DNA from: a virus
Lineage: Duplodnaviria; Caudoviricetes
DNA length: 64,000 nucleotides
IMG/VR virus record: IMGVR_UViG_3300006133_000325
Strand: one strand, 5' to 3'
Shown: positions 39,577 through 49,507 of the stretch, in pieces
Position numbering within the stretch: the stretch's first letter is position 1
How the letters are laid out: every line of letters starts with the position of its first letter
Notes under the pieces: generated by a model
Database searches by the model: none
What the model was told of the DNA's origin: nothing
Seen by the model: the letters and a program-made list of their open reading frames with translations, nothing else
Program-made: the position numbers and the translations under genes

Positions 39577-40154
39577 TTAACTACCTCCTCATAAAATGTA
39601 AGTTTCATTTCTACTTATTTCGTTTTCTTCTTCCTAATCTAAACTAGTATAAATATCATATATATGTAGCTGAAACCCCACATTGTTTTTACAGGATAAA
39701 CAATTCTTAATTTCTCCTTTATTTTCTTATCTCTTTTCTCTAGTAACCCAACAATATCTTTTATTGGTGTATTCATATCTTTCTAATTCATACTTCACCA
39801 ACCTACCCTCCACATTCACAATCCAGAACTGCTATATCTATCTCATAAGCATTCCATCCATACTTTGTATTTTTTTATATGCCAATAAATGCACATATGT
39901 CATACATTTTTCTCCATGTCATAATAATTTTTATAAATATCTTGTGTTATATCTGTATTTATTATATACTTCTGTGAAAAATTTTTCACCACTAGTATAT
40001 TTCCGTAGAACCATTACTACGATTTTACTCATAGGTTCTTTCATTTCTGGTAAATTCATAAAAATTAATTCTTCCTTATTTTTTATTTTATATTTGCATT
40101 CTCCTTCTATTGTGTTATAATAGTAATAATCATTTTATAAGGGAGGCTTGATTT

Positions 40155-40292
40155 ATGCCAAATATAATTATGGCAATATGTCCAAAGTGTAAAAAGGAAG
40201 CTCGCGGGAAAGATGAAATAGACAAGTTGTTTGGATGGCGAACAATAAATGGAAAAACAGTCCCCCAATCACAATGCAAAAAATGCAGATAA
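40155..40292 (+). CDS. 45-aa zinc-finger protein (not in ORF track)
   Basis: GGAGG RBS; CPKC...LFGWR...PQSQCKKCR; promoter upstream, hairpin downstream. Confidence 0.7.
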   Translation: MPNIIMAICPKCKKEARGKDEIDKLFGWRTINGKTVPQSQCKKCR

Positions 40293-40448
40293 CTATAGCA
40301 TGTTGCTACCAGATTTTTACAAATCAAGAGGCTGTTTATATAATAGTCTCTTGATTATATAATTTTTTTAATAAATATTACTGAAGGCATTATTCCGAAC
40401 ATCTATTAAAATCAGATACTCCTTTTTATTAGATCCTTCTTATAATCT

Positions 40449-41145
40449 TTATATTCTGTTATCCTTCATTCTCTCCTTTGCTATATCAAACCATTTCTTT
40501 TCTTTTTCTATTCCAATAAAATTTCTTCCTAGCTTCAACGCTGCCACACCTGTTGTTCCTGTTCCCATTGTAAAATCTAAAATTGTATCACCTTCATTTG
40601 TCCAGATGGTTACACATCTTTCCATAAGTTGCAATGGTTTTTGCGTCGGATGCCCCATTCCTTTCTGGACTCCATGGAACAATAGGCGAAATATCATACC
40701 AAACATTTGTAAGCGCTCTACATTCTTGTCCGTTCTTCCTTCCCATTCCTCCTGTTTTCTTTGGAATATTAGAATAGATTTTTTGATATGTAGGAGTTTT
40801 TCCTTTGCAATACCACAAGATATCTTCTCTTGTAGAAACAAAATTCTTTTTCGAGCCACGTCCTTTAATTCTGTCCCATACAATCCAATTTTGCATAATA
40901 AATTTCTCATCCAACAAACATTTTGTATCGGCTACATTAGACCAACCCTGGAACAAAACTAAGTTTCCATTATCCTTTAATAAATTATAACATAGCTGTA
41001 TAGCTATTGGCATATTAAAACTATTATCCCATTCTGTGTAATTGATATTATAGGGTGGATCACAAATAATTGCTTCTACTTTCACTCCTTTTGCTATTAG
41101 TGATTTCATCACTTCAAAGCAATCTCCATTAAATAATTCCTGTAT
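40449..41145 (-). pseudogene. N4/N6 DNA methyltransferase with +1 frameshift in a G run
   Basis: NGDCF, DPPY in one frame; HPTQKP, DFTMGTGTT, GIEK in another; junction AAT GGGG CAT near 40653. Confidence 0.8.
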
Positions 41146-41538
41146 TTTATCTCCCTCCTAAAACTTTACACCTACACAATATCTTTCATTAGTACAGGTA
41201 TACTCATTATTATATTGGGCTTTATATAGATGCTCTGCCAGCAATGCACAACAATTTGTGATAATTCTATTGCCTTCTTTTTTATTCACATACTGCTCTA
41301 TAATAGCTCCTTTCTAATAATTTGCCTCATGCAACATCCCAATAGCCTTATCCATTTTCTTTTCTGAAATCATCAATCTCAATGTTTGAAGAAGATAAAT
41401 CAAATTCGACATCAACATCTGTTTCCTCTCCCTCTTTTACATCTTCCTCAACCTTCTATTTCTTCATCTGTTGTACCATCATCAAATTCCATAATTTCTT
41501 CATGACTGCACGTAGGATACCCAGTTCCTAAATAAAAT

Positions 41539-41961
41539 TTAACCTTTCTCATTTTCCTTATTTCCTCCCTCCAAAATCCCATGTATCGCCCTCAATTGTT
41601 CTAAGGAAATATCCCTTTGCAAACCGAATCTGAACCGCTGTTCAACCTCCATAAACAGTCTGCTTTTCTCGTGCTTTTCCTCAATCTCATGCCTTTCCAG
41701 ATAGAGAATGTAATCTACGCAGCAATCAGTTTTCTCAACAAATCTTTTATAGTTTTTTCTATATTCAAACGTGGTTTCAAATCGAAATATTCCGTTTTGT
41801 TTCTTGTAAGCCTTTATGTATTTTCTCCCAACGGAAGTTATCTCCCATTCCTCAATGCACTGTTCAGGTGTCTTTCCTCTGCTTGCATTACCTGTCAGCT
41901 CAACATAAACCGTCTGACCGACTTTGAAATCTTTTATGTTCATGTCATACCCCCACTTCAT
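41539..41961 (-). CDS. Hypothetical beta-barrel phage protein
   Basis: FKVGQTVYV...SVGRKY. Confidence 0.65.
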   Translation of the reverse strand: MKWGYDMNIKDFKVGQTVYVELTGNASRGKTPEQCIEEWEITSVGRKYIKAYKKQNGIFRFETTFEYRKNYKRFVEKTDCCVDYILYLERHEIEEKHEKSRLFMEVEQRFRFGLQRDISLEQLRAIHGILEGGNKENEKG

Positions 41962-42277
41962 CGTCAGCCGGAAACTGAAAATAGAAATTATCCAAAACTT
42001 CTACTCTTGGTTCGCTCATGCTCCAAACCCAATCATCGCTTCTCATTTTTGGCATTTCCTTTTGAATGGGTTCTTTTATTTTAATGTTTGGAGAGTAGGC
42101 ATTTCTCAACATCTCCATAGCCTTATCCATTCTTTCAGTAGAAGAATAAACCGCCATTTTGAACGGCTGTCCTGTGCCTGTATAGGCGTAAATCGTGTTG
42201 CAATCCATCATTTTCTCTAAAACTATATTTTCATACGGCAAATCGTACTTACCCTTGTCCTGTGACAAAATCCTCAT
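41945..42277 (-). CDS. Hypothetical phage protein
   Basis: MRILSQD...FQFP; RBS. Confidence 0.65.
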   Translation of the reverse strand: MRILSQDKGKYDLPYENIVLEKMMDCNTIYAYTGTGQPFKMAVYSSTERMDKAMEMLRNAYSPNIKIKEPIQKEMPKMRSDDWVWSMSEPRVEVLDNFYFQFPADDEVGV

Positions 42278-42297
42278 ATCGGTTAAGCCTCCTTAAT

Positions 42298-42585
42298 CTA
42301 TTTCCAACCATACCTGCGTTTCATCTTCCGATATTTCTTCATGGCAAGTTTCATTTCTTTGTATGTAAGACCGACAGAATTATTTAACTTATCAGAATTA
42401 ACACCCTCTTGATACGAAATAATCAAGTGTCTGCCGTTTGCCTTGTGGTATATATCAAGCCTTTGATAATATCCAAACTGCTCAACTTTTCTTCTGTAAT
42501 AAACTCCATATTTACTTTCTTCATCTTCTCCATGAAGTTTCACAAATCCAATCTTTTCTAATTTCATATCAATGCTTTCAAACAT
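42298..42585 (-). CDS. Hypothetical phage protein
   Basis: ORF with RBS. Confidence 0.6.
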   Translation of the reverse strand: MFESIDMKLEKIGFVKLHGEDEESKYGVYYRRKVEQFGYYQRLDIYHKANGRHLIISYQEGVNSDKLNNSVGLTYKEMKLAMKKYRKMKRRYGWK

Positions 42586-42598
42586 TCTTAAATCCCTC

Positions 42599-43003
42599 CT
42601 ATTTCAAATCATCAATTCTGAACACAATCCCTCTGCAATAAGGCTCTCCGCCCTCATAAATCATAAAGGTTTCGTGCGGTATCTCGGTTTCGTAAGTCCA
42701 GCAGATAGGCTTTCTGTTTTCCTCGTTTTCGCGCCACAACGCCTTTATACAGTTGCTATAATTGTCAAATGCAGAACGGTCTGTTTCGTCCTGGCATACT
42801 TCCGTTTTATTGAAATAAACATTTCCTCCGTCAAAACAGCCGCCCTCGTCTTGTATCGCTCCCTCAAATTCCATAAGGTCATCAGAGCAACCATATACAA
42901 TGACAAATCCGTTTTCTTTCGCTGTTTCGATTTCTTCTTTGGTAAACTGCGGATGGTCGTATTCTTTTCCGCTGATTGACTTTGCAAATTCTTTTATGTC
43001 CAT
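42599..43003 (-). CDS. Hypothetical phage protein
   Basis: YGCSDDLMEFEG...YCRGIVF; RBS. Confidence 0.7.
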   Translation of the reverse strand: MDIKEFAKSISGKEYDHPQFTKEEIETAKENGFVIVYGCSDDLMEFEGAIQDEGGCFDGGNVYFNKTEVCQDETDRSAFDNYSNCIKALWRENEENRKPICWTYETEIPHETFMIYEGGEPYCRGIVFRIDDLK

Positions 43004-43016
43004 GCGTTAAACCTCC

Positions 43017-43208
43017 TTAATCTGGAATTTCAAATGTAAATCCCATTTCTTCGCTGATTAAAACTGCATTTCCCATTTCAACAACAACCTTTTCGTGTGG
43101 GTCGCAATTCGCATTTACCCAATCAATGAGCGGCTGTACTGCTTTCTTAAATTCTTCCATGTTTGGCATTTCTTTTCTATGTTCAATACACACTCTATCC
43201 ATTCCCAA
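43017..43208 (-). CDS. Hypothetical phage protein
   Basis: ORF in operon. Confidence 0.55.
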   Translation of the reverse strand: MGMDRVCIEHRKEMPNMEEFKKAVQPLIDWVNANCDPHEKVVVEMGNAVLISEEMGFTFEIPD

Positions 43209-43272
43209 ATCCTCCTAACTCTCCAAGCAATAAACATTCTCCAAATTCACAATCACAAAGCGGTTTTTCTCT

Positions 43273-43458
43273 TTAATCCTTTAGCAATCTTTTAGTAAGT
43301 TCCTCATTCAATTTCCTGCTCTCCGATATTTCCTTTTCAAGCTTTTTAATCCGTTCCTCATACTGTTCTCTTTCTTTTTTATCCATGTGTACATATTCTG
43401 TTTTTGTTGAACAATTACAGTTACAAGCTCCACAATTACTCCCATCACAACTAGGCAT
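43273..43458 (-). CDS. Cys-rich peptide with C-terminal coiled coil (candidate radical SAM substrate)
   Basis: MPSCDGSNCGACNCNCST; start overlaps SPASM gene stop; GGAGG RBS. Confidence 0.65.
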   Translation of the reverse strand: MPSCDGSNCGACNCNCSTKTEYVHMDKKEREQYEERIKKLEKEISESRKLNEELTKRLLKD

Positions 43459-44458
43459 TTTTATTCCTCCATTTCTTCAACATATAAAGAATTACCGCTT
43501 TCAAAATATCGCAAGTATAATTCTTATTGATTTCCTTGTTATTCTCTTTGCAGCCGCCACCGCAAATATCGCTTATAGGACAACCCTTACATTTTTCTGG
43601 CAATGAATAGTTATATCCAAGCCGATATTTCTTCTGTTTCTTAAATTCCTCTACAATGCTTTTATCATCAAAAATATTGCAGATTTTTTCTCCATAAACT
43701 GTTGTTTGACAAGGGAAAATATCTCCGTTCACATATATTGCAATCAATTTCTCTCCTGCTGTGCAACCCTCGTAACTTGAATTTATGCTGATATTGGAAA
43801 ATTTCATTTTGTTGTAAATGTCATATCCTTTATTGCAAAGAATATCTATAACCGAAATCATCTTCTCGACAATCAAATCCAATGGCATTTCCCCGCAAAA
43901 GAAATGGTCTAAATAAATCCCCCAGTTCAAATCCCTGTCAGCTATCCATTCCGCCAATTTTTCAATATCCGAAAAGCTGTTCTTATCAATGACGGTAGAA
44001 ATATCAATGTTTCTATTCTTGTTTCCAATCAGTCTCTCTATGTTTTCTTTCACGATTTCAGCAGATGATTTTCCGTTATGGAATGGTTTGGAATAAGAAA
44101 ATCCGTCAAGTGAAACGCCAAAACTGTATCTCGTATCTTTGAAGTATTTCAGCATTTCGTCTGTCAGAATAGTTAAATTTGTAATAACGCTTACATGACC
44201 GTTTCCGTTCGCCTTATCAATAAATTCTTCTGCGTGTGAAATCCATTTATCAAATACAGTTAGCGGCTCTCCACCTGCAAGCCTATAAATAACAGTTTTC
44301 TTTTCTCCGCTCTCAAGCATTTTCAAGAAAACATCATTTATCCTTTGATATGTACCGCTTTTCATATCCTCATTTCCTTGTTTCACATAACAATAAGGAC
44401 ATTTCAGATTGCACCTTGTTGTAGTGAAAATCCAAGGGGAAATATAACTCATTTCCAA
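43451..44458 (-). CDS. Radical SAM/SPASM domain protein
   Basis: CNLKCPYC, GGEP, SLDG, CTAG...GDIFPC, CKGC....CGGGC...C. Confidence 0.9.
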   Translation of the reverse strand: MEMSYISPWIFTTTRCNLKCPYCYVKQGNEDMKSGTYQRINDVFLKMLESGEKKTVIYRLAGGEPLTVFDKWISHAEEFIDKANGNGHVSVITNLTILTDEMLKYFKDTRYSFGVSLDGFSYSKPFHNGKSSAEIVKENIERLIGNKNRNIDISTVIDKNSFSDIEKLAEWIADRDLNWGIYLDHFFCGEMPLDLIVEKMISVIDILCNKGYDIYNKMKFSNISINSSYEGCTAGEKLIAIYVNGDIFPCQTTVYGEKICNIFDDKSIVEEFKKQKKYRLGYNYSLPEKCKGCPISDICGGGCKENNKEINKNYTCDILKAVILYMLKKWRNKNA

Positions 44459-44515
44459 ATTCCTCCAATCTCATATTATTTGCGGACTTCCCATGAAAGA
44501 AAGTCCGCTGTGTGG

Positions 44516-44692
44516 CTACCTCCAATGCGTAGGCGTGTAATAAACATACATACTTCCATCTGGAAAGAACCATAACCTCCCTCTGCGTTTTAGTTTCTGC
44601 ACATTCCTACGTCCTTTGCCATCATCAATCTTTGTTTCAACAACGGTTTCTTCCGGCGGTAACTGTTCTGATACTTTTATCCAATCACTCAT
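44516..44692 (-). CDS. DUF551-like small phage protein (58 aa, not in ORF track)
   Basis: MSDWIKVSEQLP...PTHWR. Confidence 0.7.
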   Translation of the reverse strand: MSDWIKVSEQLPPEETVVETKIDDGKGRRNVQKLKRRGRLWFFPDGSMYVYYTPTHWR

Positions 44693-44695
44693 AAT

Positions 44696-45082
44696 TTACC
44701 CCAACTCATCCAACATCTTTTCAAGTTCCTCAATAGACTTGCCCTGCAACGCTTCGTCTTGCTTGCTCGCTAGAATGGACATGATTTTTTGTTTCTGTTC
44801 CTTGCGCTCCTTTGCCATTTCGACGGCTTTCTTTTCTTCCAGCTTCACGGACACAATATACTTGATAATCTCAATCTGCACCGCCAGTTCTTCGTCCTCG
44901 CTGGTCTTAACCTCCAGAAGGCTTTCTTCCTGTGCCTGTTTTGCTTTTGCGTTCAGTGACTTGTAGATTTTGTCAAGTTCCGTTACAGACAAATCCCATA
45001 AGTCCTCAACCGTTGCCAATCCTTTGAACGGAAACCGCATTTTCTCCCTGCTTGCCTTGATAAACATTTCTTCTCTGCTCAT
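44696..45082 (-). CDS. Hypothetical phage protein
   Basis: RFP..G...VEDLWDL, helical C-terminus. Confidence 0.7.
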   Translation of the reverse strand: MSREEMFIKASREKMRFPFKGLATVEDLWDLSVTELDKIYKSLNAKAKQAQEESLLEVKTSEDEELAVQIEIIKYIVSVKLEEKKAVEMAKERKEQKQKIMSILASKQDEALQGKSIEELEKMLDELG

Positions 45083-45107
45083 AATTTTTATTCCTCGCTT
45101 TCTTTAT

Positions 45108-45374
45108 TTATTGTGTTTCCACGACGTTCAAAATCTTTTCAACTGCCTTTTCCCAGAATATGCGAACAAAATCGTCAAGCGTTGCAAACTCTTTATCATC
45201 AGTAAGACCTATTTCGTCAGCACTTCTCATGATGGTTTTCATTCCTGACTTGTCCATTTCTTCTAATGTGTCATGCACAAGTTCGGAAACAATTTCTTCT
45301 GTACCGCTGTATTCACATCCAAGAGAACAGGTTTCTCTAAGTTCTTCCATGTCTTTCTTGCTTAATTTTCCCAT
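45108..45374 (-). CDS. Hypothetical phage protein
   Basis: ORF with RBS. Confidence 0.6.
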   Translation of the reverse strand: MGKLSKKDMEELRETCSLGCEYSGTEEIVSELVHDTLEEMDKSGMKTIMRSADEIGLTDDKEFATLDDFVRIFWEKAVEKILNVVETQ

Positions 45375-45388
45375 TTTTATTTCCTTTC

Positions 45389-47440
45389 TTAAAACTTCAC
45401 TTTGACAACCCTCTCGCTTGCTCCCCTGACCTTTACAACTAGGTCATTCCGCTTTGTTGCCGAAAATCCAACGCCGGATAATTGGTCTGCCACATCTTCA
45501 ACGTGCATTTTGCTTCCAAGTGCTTCAAACACACGCTTATGCTCCGTCAGTTCGTTTTTCAGAAATTCGTTATAAAAGCCATTGGGCATTTCCTCATTGA
45601 TACAGCCTTTCAACATGAATAAGTAATGCCTATGCCCGATTCCGTCCTGCTCATCCCAATAATTCGGGGAATACATGATAACCGATACCGGAACAAACTG
45701 ATTTGTCTTTACGCCCCACACTTCCCTTACGGACATATTAGACGGCAACAGTTCCTTGATTGAGAAATTCTGTCCGTCAAAAGTTACTTCTGCAACTGGC
45801 ACATTCTCATTCTGCCGCAACTCTTTCTGATAATCGAAACGGTAAATGTTTCCGTCACACTCAATCTCCGCCCGAAAACCGTTCTTGCCGCCACGGTTAG
45901 CGAACTGATGAACAAAGAATAGATACTTGCCTTTCTGCATGGTGTTCTTGCTCGCCCATGTGATATTTTCAACAGCAGGAGTATTCTTGTTGGGGTTAGT
46001 TATGTCAATATCAAGTTCTCCCTTTGTCCAGCTTCTCTTATGGCTATACATAATTTCCTCGCCGCTCGGTTCTTTACAATGTGCGTCAAGGTCGTTTCTA
46101 TCCCAATCGCCCATATCGTTCCACTGGATCGAGAAACGCAAAACTCCGTCTACTGCGCCGCCTGCTGACTTCACATTTTCCCGAATATCGCTGTCTGTGA
46201 TGTTTCCGGCATACGCCCAAGAAAAGCCATTATTCCATTTGAACATTGTAGGCGCATCCGCATTTTTCGGTGCAATCAGCGACACCATGTTTGATGAATG
46301 TCTGTTTTCAAGGAATACTTCAATTTCTTTTGCTGTAGGCAGCACATTTTTCACAAAATCTTCTGCCGATACTTCCTCAGCCTTAGAAAACTTCTTCGGG
46401 TTGACTGCAATATCCTTTTCCATACTTGCAAACACATCATCTGCGCCCGATATGCGCCGCTGCGCATCCTTATTTGAGAAAAGAATGTTGTTGATAGAAA
46501 TATCATCAAGCGCGGCGAATCTGCGCTCTAAGGACGGCATATATCCTAATTCCTCAATCTTTTTCTTTGCCTCCTCCAACATCTTCTTTGTAAAGATTGC
46601 CTTTGGACGCTTGTAATTTGCCGGAGCGACAATCTGCTCATATTTCTTAACTGCCGTGTCTAACTCCATTCCCTCGCTGATATTAACAAGCAGTGTTCCG
46701 ATACTGTGATTCCTTATCCTGCCAATAGCGGCTCCTGCGGCAATAGATTTCTCCCATGCGAAGCTTTCCTTTTCCTCTGCCGCTGTCAGTTTGTCGTAGG
46801 CTTTCTTGTACCTCAAAAACTCTGTTAAAACGGCTTTCCATTCCTCACCCTTGTAAAGAGAGTTCTGTGAAATCAACTCCAATACAGTCATAATACTTTC
46901 TTCTGAAATTTCATCCAGTGACCGTTTGAACACATTCCTTGTGTCTCTAAATGTCCCTTTAATGTCGCCTGCGGAACGCCGCTTGCCAAAAACAAACTTG
47001 TCCGGCAATTCCAGATAAAAATGCTCGTAGGTGTTAATCTTTCCGTTTTCAAGCTGCTCATGGTTCTTGTCTGTACCGATTTTCTTCTCTTGGCTGACAT
47101 ACACATCCGTAACCGCATGGGATTCTATGTAGTTTGCCATAGCGTTTGCAACAGTCTGAAATGCCGGGTCATCTATTGCCATATCCCATATAGAGTAGAC
47201 TGTGTTGTTTTTGATAACTACCGCATTTCCGATAGCCTTAATGAAGTGCCTGCAACAGCTACAATCGTATTCCCTGCGTTCTCTATAAATCTCGTTCGTT
47301 CCTGCCGGAAAGCTGTCCAGATACAGATTCCACAGCTCGTCCTTGTCTACCGCAACCTCAAACAAATGTGTTGCGTCCTTTGTTATCTCTGCAAAACGCT
47401 TTTGCAGTGCTTTCTTAAATTCATTAAATTCCATTGACAA
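45389..47440 (-). CDS. Large phage protein with C-terminal YfaP/DUF2135-like domain
   Basis: DCSCCRHF; DLDAH...LDIDI...AVENITW. Confidence 0.7.
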   Translation of the reverse strand: MSMEFNEFKKALQKRFAEITKDATHLFEVAVDKDELWNLYLDSFPAGTNEIYRERREYDCSCCRHFIKAIGNAVVIKNNTVYSIWDMAIDDPAFQTVANAMANYIESHAVTDVYVSQEKKIGTDKNHEQLENGKINTYEHFYLELPDKFVFGKRRSAGDIKGTFRDTRNVFKRSLDEISEESIMTVLELISQNSLYKGEEWKAVLTEFLRYKKAYDKLTAAEEKESFAWEKSIAAGAAIGRIRNHSIGTLLVNISEGMELDTAVKKYEQIVAPANYKRPKAIFTKKMLEEAKKKIEELGYMPSLERRFAALDDISINNILFSNKDAQRRISGADDVFASMEKDIAVNPKKFSKAEEVSAEDFVKNVLPTAKEIEVFLENRHSSNMVSLIAPKNADAPTMFKWNNGFSWAYAGNITDSDIRENVKSAGGAVDGVLRFSIQWNDMGDWDRNDLDAHCKEPSGEEIMYSHKRSWTKGELDIDITNPNKNTPAVENITWASKNTMQKGKYLFFVHQFANRGGKNGFRAEIECDGNIYRFDYQKELRQNENVPVAEVTFDGQNFSIKELLPSNMSVREVWGVKTNQFVPVSVIMYSPNYWDEQDGIGHRHYLFMLKGCINEEMPNGFYNEFLKNELTEHKRVFEALGSKMHVEDVADQLSGVGFSATKRNDLVVKVRGASERVVKVKF

Positions 47441-47477
47441 AATCCTCCTTGAATTTGATATATGTTGATTTTTATTG

Positions 47478-47693
47478 CTACCTAAAGAACAAAAGGTATA
47501 TTGCGCTTGCGAAAATTCCGATTATATCAATCACTACAAGAAAAGAAAGAAATATGGCTGATTTGGGAAAATACCCTTTATCAAATGTGATTTTGAACGC
47601 TTCTCTTGGGTTTTGAGAAAGCCAGCTTTTGTACAGAAAAACATAAATCGCAGTTACCATAACTGCCAAAACTGTCAATTTTACAATAATCAT
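47478..47693 (-). CDS. Small membrane protein
   Basis: Two hydrophobic segments; RBS. Confidence 0.55.
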   Translation of the reverse strand: MIIVKLTVLAVMVTAIYVFLYKSWLSQNPREAFKITFDKGYFPKSAIFLSFLVVIDIIGIFASAIYLLFFR

Positions 47694-47694
47694 G

Positions 47695-48037
47695 TTATCC
47701 CTCCACTTTCATAAAATCTGGAAGCTCCTGTTCGCCCTCAACTTTAAAAGGCTCTTTCTCTTTTGCCTGTGCCTTTGGCATGGTCGGCGGTGCTGGCTTT
47801 TCTTCGATTTCCTGGAACGGTACGGAATTGGCGCTTTGTTCAATCTCATACGCCACATCTTCTGCGACAATATCCACGTTCTCAAATTCCTCGTCACGCT
47901 CATATTCATTCGCAACGTCTGGATCCCCGTGCGTGCGGATAATGTGCTTAATCAGACGGTTTTTAACGGTCTTTTCGCACATCTGGTCTGTAAATTTCTG
48001 GTGTGTTCTGTGCTGCTACCTCATTCTTTGTTGTCAT
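47695..48037 (-). pseudogene. RecT-like recombinase remnant (internal deletion)
   Basis: MTTKNEVAAQ joined out of frame to THQKFTDQMCEKTVKNR and an acidic tail. Confidence 0.6.
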
Positions 48038-48069
48038 AGTTTTATTCTCTTTTTCTTTTATTTGATTTT

Positions 48070-48435
48070 CTAAATACAACCGCCACAACTTCCATGTCGC
48101 CAATCAGAAGCGTTGATTGCATAGAAAATATCAGATTGTGTGTTGCGGTCTGTTGAAATGGTGTCAAGCCAGTATTTATTCTCTTTTATCCATTCCTCGC
48201 ATTCTAAACCGTCATGATAACTTTCCCATTCAACTTCCCAATCGGCTCCCAAACGCCACTTTTGATAACCTCCATAGGTGTTCATTTCTGATTTTCTCAA
48301 TTCCTCTGGAATTTTGTCAGAAACATCTTTTCCGTCAACTATCAAAATCCATTCTCCCGAACACAAATTTGGATAAGAACCACTCCATTTTGCCTCAACC
48401 ATTTTTTGCACTCCTTCCTTTAAGCTATTCCACAA
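48070..48435 (-). CDS. Hypothetical phage protein
   Basis: YPNLCSG...SCGGCI. Confidence 0.7.
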   Translation of the reverse strand: MWNSLKEGVQKMVEAKWSGSYPNLCSGEWILIVDGKDVSDKIPEELRKSEMNTYGGYQKWRLGADWEVEWESYHDGLECEEWIKENKYWLDTISTDRNTQSDIFYAINASDWRHGSCGGCI

Positions 48436-48453
48436 GGGAACTAATTTTTGCTT

Positions 48454-49332
48454 TTAATCTCCTTCTCCTATATACACTAATTGTTCAATATATTTCCTTC
48501 CTTCTCCTTTGAAAATTGGTATTTCCTTATCAATAATCCACTGGCTTCTCAATACGCCAGATTCTACCTCATTATTTTCATAAGATGTAGTGCATCCTTC
48601 AGGAGATTCAGTAAAGTTTCTATTATCATTTCTCGCAAAATATTTTTCTCTGACTACTCCACTACCATGTTTTTGATACGTAGGAAAACCATTCCAGTTA
48701 ATTTCTTTTTGTTTCATAAGCATATCTTTAATATCATTACATGATTTTTCCTGTAGTTCTTTATGGCTAAAATTAGCTTGTCCAACCACCTGAATACTAT
48801 TTCTGGTAGCATCAAGTTGTCTCCAATAAAAGTAGTTTGCCACTTCTTCTTTTGGAATGTTGAACACTCTGGCATCAAACATAGCTTTTCCAAGAACATT
48901 GAGATAAACTTCGTAAAACTTTGTATGTTCTTTTAATACTTCATTCTGAATATTTTTAAAAAAGAAACGATTAAAAGCCATTGTCGCCATACTTGCGGAA
49001 ACAGAACACATCTTCTGTACTTCATAGTCAAACCATGCCGAACTTTCTAATCTTTTATAATCTATCAATAACAACGATATCTCATCCGATTGTGTATATG
49101 CAAACATACATCCCATAATATTTTCACAAAGATATTTTGATGTCTCTTGCATCGTCTTAATCAAAAGTTCGTCGAATGGTCGATCAAATCCTCTTGTATA
49201 AGTATGAAATGCCTTCCCATCAATCCTAATGACTACAGGACAACGCCTCATCAGTCTTGTTTTAGGAATCGTCTCATAGAACTCCTTCATCCGATTCGAT
49301 AAATCATCCCTTAAAATCTTTTTTTTACTCAT
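48454..49332 (-). CDS. thg1: tRNA(His) guanylyltransferase Thg1-like protein
   Basis: RMK.YE, RIDGKAFH, YTQSDEISL, FDAR, WRQ.DA.RNS. Confidence 0.92.
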   Translation of the reverse strand: MSKKKILRDDLSNRMKEFYETIPKTRLMRRCPVVIRIDGKAFHTYTRGFDRPFDELLIKTMQETSKYLCENIMGCMFAYTQSDEISLLLIDYKRLESSAWFDYEVQKMCSVSASMATMAFNRFFFKNIQNEVLKEHTKFYEVYLNVLGKAMFDARVFNIPKEEVANYFYWRQLDATRNSIQVVGQANFSHKELQEKSCNDIKDMLMKQKEINWNGFPTYQKHGSGVVREKYFARNDNRNFTESPEGCTTSYENNEVESGVLRSQWIIDKEIPIFKGEGRKYIEQLVYIGEGD

Positions 49333-49507
49333 ACTTTTCTCCTTTTATTTTTCGCAATCAACTCATCAATCTTTATTTTAGCATAATGAATATTAGTATC
49401 TTCTATCCTTTTCACTAGGAATCTATTATTGTCATAAATATACAGATTATCTTTTGTTCTTTGAATGAAATATCCTCTATATTCTTCTTCATATCGCTTC
49501 ATGTTAC

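Noticed and set aside
44370-44573. 67-aa ORF upstream of the SPASM gene as a precursor peptide
   Set aside because: Overlaps both the DUF551-like ORF and the SPASM gene in other frames; no precursor features
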